From Salpingoeca rosetta (lineage: Eukaryota; Protista; Choanoflagellata), in assembly GCA_033442325.1 (NCBI GenBank), contig JAWQFM010000005.1, forward strand, positions 955,690 to 1,006,736: a stretch of 51,047 nucleotides of DNA. The letters run 5' to 3'. Below are positions 44,159-51,047 of this stretch, piece by piece; position 1 is the first letter of the stretch; each line of letters begins with the position of its first letter. The notes below the pieces were generated by a model. The model was not told where the DNA came from and ran no database searches. It was given only the letters and a program-made list of their open reading frames with translations. Both the position numbers and the translations under genes were made by a program.

Positions 44159-44921
44159 ATGGCCGACGCAGGCTTCTTTCGGGTGAGTGGCAGCCGAGAA
44201 CCGCACTCAGCGATCAGCGTTTCACACTCGCGCGCACAGAGTACCGAACGCACACATGCACAATATCATACACAGAGTACTAAACACACGCACACGCACG
44301 CACACAAACACTCACATGGTTTGTTGTTCTCTTTCTTGTATCTCAGGGAACGTCCCATGATCAGGACTCCCGATTCGCCAACAAGGAGAAGAAGTTGCTC
44401 AAGAGCATGAAGTTTGAGCCCATCCTCGATACACCGGTCTGCACTCTCACACCATGACCTGCTGCCATCACACAACCCAAATACACCCACGCCTGCCCCA
44501 CATGTTCACTGCCTTGTTCCGCTGCACATGTGTTGGGCTGTTGTCTCTGCATCGTTACACGTGTTCTCACGGCCTTCCAATTTGACCCTCTGCACTGGAC
44601 TTGGTGCCTCTTGCCAGCTCTGGCACGTTTGTTCCTTCCCTTCCTCTCCTTCCCCCCCTTTTCTTTGTGCCTTCTTGCTCGTTGCCAATCCCTCAGTTGC
44701 ATGCCTTCTCATGCCCTTGCGCAGTGTGGCAGTTCGCCGTCCCGTACAACCTCTATGTTGCGCACACCAGCGTCCACCATGACCCCTTACTTCTCCTCTG
44801 CTCGTGTTCACTCGCTCCATGCCCTTGGTGGCCCCCTCTCGTTCCGCCTCCAACCTCACCCAAGCATCCTCCCCTGCCCACACACCAACACCACGTGCTG
44901 TCTTGTGCACTCGCTTGTTGC

Positions 44922-44970
<49 letters not shown>

Positions 44971-45868
44971 GGTCGTTGTGGTGTCATGTCTTTAGGTTGA
45001 CCTGAGAAAAGTGAAGCTGGACACGCTGCGACCATGGGTCACGGAGAAGATCATCGCTCTCATGGGCTTCGAGGATGACGTCCTCATCGACTTTGTCTTC
45101 ACCCAGCTTGAGGAAGGAAAGGTGTGCCCCGCATCCTCGTGCTGTTGTCTGTGTGTTACCTGACTGGCTTGCATGAACATGCGCATGAACATGCATGTGA
45201 TCGCATACTGGCTTGCGTTCGCCTGCACAGCGTGGTGCAGTCCGCCACCTCGCCTCTCCTTCTCCGACCCGGTGCTCATGTCTCCTGCCGTGTCCTGCCT
45301 GCGACTGCATCTTGGCAACCCTGCCCCGATAGTCGCTTGATCCAAAGCGCATGCAGATCAACCTCACCGGCTTCCTCAACGCCAAGAACGCGCGCGTGTT
45401 CATGGGCGAGCTGTGGTCGCACCTCGTCTCCGCGTCCAAGAGCGAGCTTGGCATTTCACAGGAGCTCATCCAGAGTAAAGCCCGCGAAATCCAGCAAGCA
45501 GAGGTTTGTGCTGCCACCACTTGCCTAGGGCTTGCGTTCACAGCAACCCATCGCATCTACTCATCTGCGTCTGCCAGGCTGTTACACCGTGTTTATTATT
45601 TGGTTGTTTGGTTTGTTTCGTGCCCGCATGTGTTGGTGTTGGTGGCATTGCGCCATGAAGAGGCATGCGCGCTCACACCATGCGGGGGTGAATGGTTTCA
45701 GGCGGAGAAGCAACGCGTCTCAGAGGGCATTCTCCAAGCAGAGCGCCGGACCCAGGGCGGCGTAAGTCTCCGTGTCTTGAATCTTGTCGACGCACGAACG
45801 CGTGTGTTTGGACGCAACCCTCGGTCTAGCTGCATGCCACCCTCACCGTCCCACCCTCACTCTCATTG

Positions 45869-45948
<80 letters not shown>

Positions 45949-47358
45949 CTTCACGCCTTCACACCTTCACACACACACACGCACAAAATCTCTCTCTTCT
46001 GTCCTCATTGCTGCTTGCTGTAAGCAGCGGCGTAACCGGTGGGGTGCACCTGCTGCCCCTGGCGCCATGATGCCGCCGCCCGCGCCGCCCGCCGCCGCCA
46101 TGCAGCCCGGCCTTCTCCCAGCGCCACCAGTCGGAATGCATCCAATGCAAGGCATGCCGGGTGCACAGGGCATGCTCCCCACGCCCGCGCAGCAGCAGCA
46201 GCTCTTGGAGCAGGCCAAACAGCGCGCGCAAGCGCTTGCACAAGCCGCCCCACCAGCACGCCCAGCACCTACCACAGCAACAGCACCCACAGCAGCACCC
46301 ACCACAACGACAGCAGCGACGGCAAGCAATGGCGCTGGTGTTGGCGCTGGTGCTGACGAAGAGAAGCGGGTGCGCAGGAGTCGGGACCGGTCGCCGTCGC
46401 CGCCGCGTCGCCCACGCCGCCACAGCCGCAGTCCGAGCCGCACCCGCAACAGATACCGCAGCCGCTACGACCGCGATGATGACCGCGATGACTACCGCCG
46501 CAGCAGAGACCGCCGCATGCGCCCCCGCTACCGCCGCAGCCGCAGCCGCAGCCGTGATCGCTACCGTGACCGCGACTACGAGGGCGACCGCGGTGGGCGG
46601 TACAGGAGCAGGCGGTACGATGACGATGGCGACGGTGACGACCGCCGCGCCCGCCGCGAAGACAGGCGGCGTCGCGGCAGCAGATACGGTGATGAGGAGC
46701 GTGAGGAGGACGACACCGGTAGGCGCCGCCGCGCAGGTAGCGGCGACGATGGCAGCGGTGCGGGCAGCGGTGTTGTGAGTGCTGATGATGACGATGACCG
46801 TCGCCGCCACCGCCGCCGTAAACATCGCAAGCACCGCAGCCGCAGCCGCAGCCGCAGCCCAGGCCGGGAAAGGAGTAGCCGGAAGAAGCACAAGAAGAAG
46901 CGCAGCCGGCGGCGGGACCGATCGCGCACGCCAAGCGAGGATGACGGCTCTGGTGCGGATGCAGGGAACACCAGCGATGCTGCCAACCGTCGCTCTCACT
47001 CACCAGCAGACGAGGATGCAGAGGTGAGCTGCTGTGGGTTGTGCTGGGGAGGGAGCGGGGTTGGCGTGGTGCGGTGTGGGGTGCTTCGTTTGTGTGGGGT
47101 GTACGTGCCAGCCTGCGCTCTCAATGCGGTTGTTCTTGAGTTCACGACATGTGCATGTGTGTGTGTGTGCGACATGTGCATGTGTGTGTGTGTGTGCTTG
47201 CTTGCTTTTGGCAGACCAAAGAGAAGCGGCTGAAGGAGATGTTGCTGGCGAAGAAGAAGCAGGAGGAGCAGGAGGAGCAGGAGGAGGACAAGCCATCCAA
47301 TGATGCTGATGTTGATGGTCATGATGACGAAAACACCAACAAGGAACAGCAGGCTTGA
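44159..47358 (+). CDS. SRRM1: SRRM1/SRm160: PWI domain plus RS-rich splicing coactivator
   Basis: MADAGFFR/GTSHDQDSRFANKEKKLLKSMKF, VDLRKVKLDTLRPWVTEKI..MGFEDDVLIDFV, DPKRMQINLTGFLNAKNARVFMGELW, followed by long RS/RD tracts. Confidence 0.93.
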
Positions 47359-47529
47359 GTGGTGCCTTTCTTTTGCCATTCCTTCTTTCTACACACGTGT
47401 TTGTAGTGTTTGTGCGGTGCTGGTGCTGGTGCTGGTGTGAGAGACACACTCGCACTGCTGCCAAAGCGCACACCATCTCCTTGTTGACTTGACATTTTGC
47501 GAATAGAGCGACGAAATTTCTTTCGAGCT

Positions 47530-47536
47530 TGGCAAC
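47530..47536 (-). promoter_or_regulatory. Candidate RFX site (GTTGCCA) upstream of AK7
   Basis: TGGCAAC about 207 bp upstream of the AK7 ATG; two more GGCAAC half-sites at 47595 and 47736. Confidence 0.45.
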
Positions 47537-47638
47537 CAATACACAACACCACACACACACAGACCGCTGATAAGCAAGCAAGCAAGCCAAGCCAGGCAAC
47601 GTGCGGCGAAGTATCATCACCCAGACACCGACTCAGAC

Positions 47639-47716
<78 letters not shown>

Positions 47717-47742
47717 ATCGCACATACTACGGACGGGCAACC

Positions 47743-49160
47743 ATGGCAGTGAAGGTGTTTGTGAACCATGTGGACTTGTACACGGGCGTTGCCCTGACAC
47801 AGGTGCGGCCAAGCTACATGGCGAAGCGTACTTGTGCGTGTGCTTGTGCGTCAGTGCGTTGTGTGTGTGTGTGTGTGTGTACTCTGCGTATGTGTGCTGC
47901 GTGTTGGGTTTTCACATTGCTTGCGCGTGCGGTTCTTCAACTTGTGCATGTGGTTCTCCGACGCGCTAACGCTGTGTTCAATGCTTCACGTCCCGCTGTG
48001 TGTCTGTGTTTGTGTGTCTGTATTGGCTCGATGTGGTGGTTGCCGCAGCTCTTGAGCGAGAGCGTGGTGGGCGCAACGGTGGAGGGCTTGGACGAGGATG
48101 AGGAGGAAGAGGACCTGCAGAGCGAGGGCGCGGCACGGTCGGAAAAGACGGAGGAGAAGTACACCGTGATCGGCACGCTCAGCAACCCCGAAGCCACCAT
48201 CCCGAAAGGCGTCGAAACCATCGTTCAGGCTGCAGACCGCGCTGCGCTGTTGGATGCCATCATGGACTGCCAGTACATCATTTACGACATCTCCAAGAGT
48301 GCCGAGCAAGCAGAGGAGGCTGGATACATCGTCTCAAGTACGTTTGCTTGCTTTTTGATGGTTTTGTTGGCTGGTTGTTCCATGCGCGTGTGTGCTTGTG
48401 TGTGTGTGCATGTGTGTGTGCTTGTGTGTGCGTGTGTGCGTGTGTATTTGTATGTATGGTACAGTGCGTACACACGTCACACGTGTGCAATCGCGTTCGC
48501 TTGTGGTCTTGCGGCTTTGAAGACGGTTGCCCTGCTTGCTTGTAGTGGTGCCTGATACCTTTGCATGTTTGTCAACTTCCTCCCCCCACCTGGTGCTCAA
48601 ACAGAGATCCACGAGCAGCTGGACAACTGGGAGGGCCAGAAGACATTTGTGTGCCTCTCCACCATCATGACATGGGCCAACACCAAGCCCATCGACCCGG
48701 TATTGTGCTCAAACAAACAAAGTTTCGATCAACGCTTGCTCTCTTGAACACACGTGAAGCACATACGGGCATATGGGGTTCTCGTTCGCACACTCACTCA
48801 CTCACTCACTCACTCACTCACTCACTCACTCACTCACTCACTCACACACACACACACTCACTCACTCACTCACTCACTCACTCACTCACTCACACTCTCA
48901 CTCACTCACACTCTCACTCACTNNNNNNNNNNNNNNNNNNNNNNNNNNNNNNNNNNNNNNNNNNNNNNNNNNNNNNNNNNNNNNNNNNNNNNNNNNNNNN
49001 NNNNNNNNNNNNNNNNNNNNNNCTATCTGCTACTATCCCCCCCTCCCTTTTATCTAGCAGCGTGCTCCTCTACCATCTAGCCGTCTCCACGTGCGTTTAT
49101 TTAGATGCTACACTAACTATCACTTCCTTTATCGTCTCCCAAATGTTATTCGCCGTCCAC

Positions 49161-49232
<72 letters not shown>

Positions 49233-49692
49233 TTTGGCTGCTGCTGTGCAGGAGGACGACGAGGCACCGTTCCAGGAGGGCGACTACCGCAAGCGGCGCG
49301 CACACAAGAACTTCAAGGCACACATCGACACAGAGAAGCTGGTGACAAAGTGCGGCAAGAAGACGCGCGGGAAACTGGGCACCTTTGTTGTGGCGTCGGG
49401 TCTCCCATATGGGATGGGGGAGGACACGTTCCACCCGCTGTTCCGCATGGCGTGGGAGCTGAAGGTGCCGGCGCTGCCCATCTACGGCTCGGAACAGTCG
49501 CTCGTGCCAACCATCCACGTCAAGGACCTGGCAAACATCGCACTGCACATCCTCGAGGGCCACGCGGAGTGAGTAGCTGTGTTGCGCCCGCGACAGGACT
49601 GGTTGTGGTGGTGGCGGAGACGGTGGCGGGGAATTGATAGCGGTGGTGATGGTACTGGGTGTTCAAGCGTGTGAGTGGATGCTGCGTATGCA

Positions 49693-49771
<79 letters not shown>

Positions 49772-50076
49772 ACGCTCACCCCCTTTCCGGTCTGGGCTTC
49801 GTGTCTGCTGCAGAACGCGCTACATGCTTGCGATTGACGAGGGCCAGAGCACGATCAGGGAGCTGACTATGACGCTTGCCACGCGTCTTGGGCCCGGCAC
49901 TGCCGTCGCTGTCACAGCAGAGGAGGCGTTTCTGGAGGAGGATGTCACCCAGGTTGAGTTTGACATGCTCACCGTCAACCTGCGCATGGAGCCCGCGAGC
50001 GTCGCCGACATGCCCTTTGAGGTGCGACACGTGACCTCTGTGTGTGTGTGTGTATGTATGTATGTGTTTGTGTGTT

Positions 50077-50107
<31 letters not shown>

Positions 50108-50943
50108 GTTTGTGTGTGTATGTATGTATGTGTGTGTGTGTGTGTGCGCGCGTTTGCATGCTTGCTGCGATACGATGTTCTCTCCCCCCCCCCCCCAATT
50201 TGCTGATGCTGACACTGCGCCCGCGGCTGCCCTGCCTTGCTTCTCAAACTTTTGGACTGCAGTGGGTGTCGCGTGAAGGATTCGTGGAAAACATTGACAC
50301 GACAATCACTGAATACAAGAAGAAACGCAATTTGACGGTACGAACTTCACACGCGGCTGACTCTTGTCAATACACGTCGTGCGTGTGTGTGTGTGTGTGT
50401 GTGTGTTTTGTTGTTGCTGACAGATGCAACCAAAGTATATGTGCCTCGAGCTCACGAAGCATACTTTACCTTTCTCTCCACTCTCCACTCTTCATTCTCC
50501 CTGCCCACGCACAACCACAAAACACACATCAAACCATGCCCGTGAGCAGCCCGTGAAGATGTGCGTGCTTGGTCCTCCTGCGTGTGGCAAGACGGCCCTC
50601 GCTCGCATGCTGAGCGACATGTACAAGCTGCCGCGCATCGGCGCCGACACCGTTGTCCAGGACACCATTGAGGAGCTCAAGAGAAGCGCCGCCCGCCTTG
50701 AGTCTGCTGAAGAGGACGCAGACATGGAACAGGTGCAATGTAGTCGGTGTAGGAGTAGCAGCTGTGGGCGTTGTTGTCAGCGTTGTCCTTGTTGGTGGTG
50801 GTGGTGATGGTGGTGGCGTGGTGTGGTGTCCACGGTGTTTACGTATGTGCAAACAAAGCAGCACAAGCATGTTTGCACGCTGGTGTGTATTCGCACTGCA
50901 GTGTGCCCCTTGCAGCTGCATTCCACCTCACACGATAATCCCC

Positions 50944-51038
<95 letters not shown>

Positions 51039-51047
51039 CAACAACAC
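47743..51047 (+). CDS. AK7: Adenylate kinase 7 (ciliary), truncated by the window end
   Basis: KVFVNHVDLYTG, YIIYDI, FVCLSTIMTWANTK, DYRKRRAHKNFKAHIDTEKLV, VVASGLPYGMGED, PTIHVKDLA, YMLAIDE, EYKKKRNLT/PVKMCVLGPPACGKT (AK P-loop). Confidence 0.93.
48923..49022. other. Assembly gap (100 N) within an AK7 intron
   Basis: N run. Confidence 1.

Overview
Eukaryotic, GC-rich, intron-dense genomic DNA with abundant (GT)n/(CA)n microsatellites and two 100-N assembly gaps. Gene content (ciliary genes, animal-like homologues) and intron style suggest a choanoflagellate such as Salpingoeca rosetta; this is inference. Most ORF-track entries are microsatellite read-throughs. By manual splicing I find 16 protein-coding genes, in order: TMLHE-like dioxygenase, CLC-3/4/5-type Cl-/H+ exchanger, an ER-luminal RAP/LRPAP1-like protein, RACK1, an EamA/DMT transporter interrupted by an antisense ammonium-transporter exon, a small CAAX protein, CFAP36, cystinosin, a bZIP factor, a tandem NEURL4-type ADP-ribosyltransferase, a tail-anchored AIG1/GIMAP-like GTPase, a WKF-domain protein, an EngB/YihA GTPase, TANGO2, SRRM1 and AK7 (truncated by the window end). 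The best candidate for an undescribed system is an intron-poor block at 29.3-37.7 kb: bZIP <- -> N-myristoylated double ART -> tail-anchored GTPase, with AP-1/ARE-type sites clustered in its promoters. It may be a co-regulated, membrane-associated defence or stress module. All homology calls are by eye from remembered family motifs; no database search was run.
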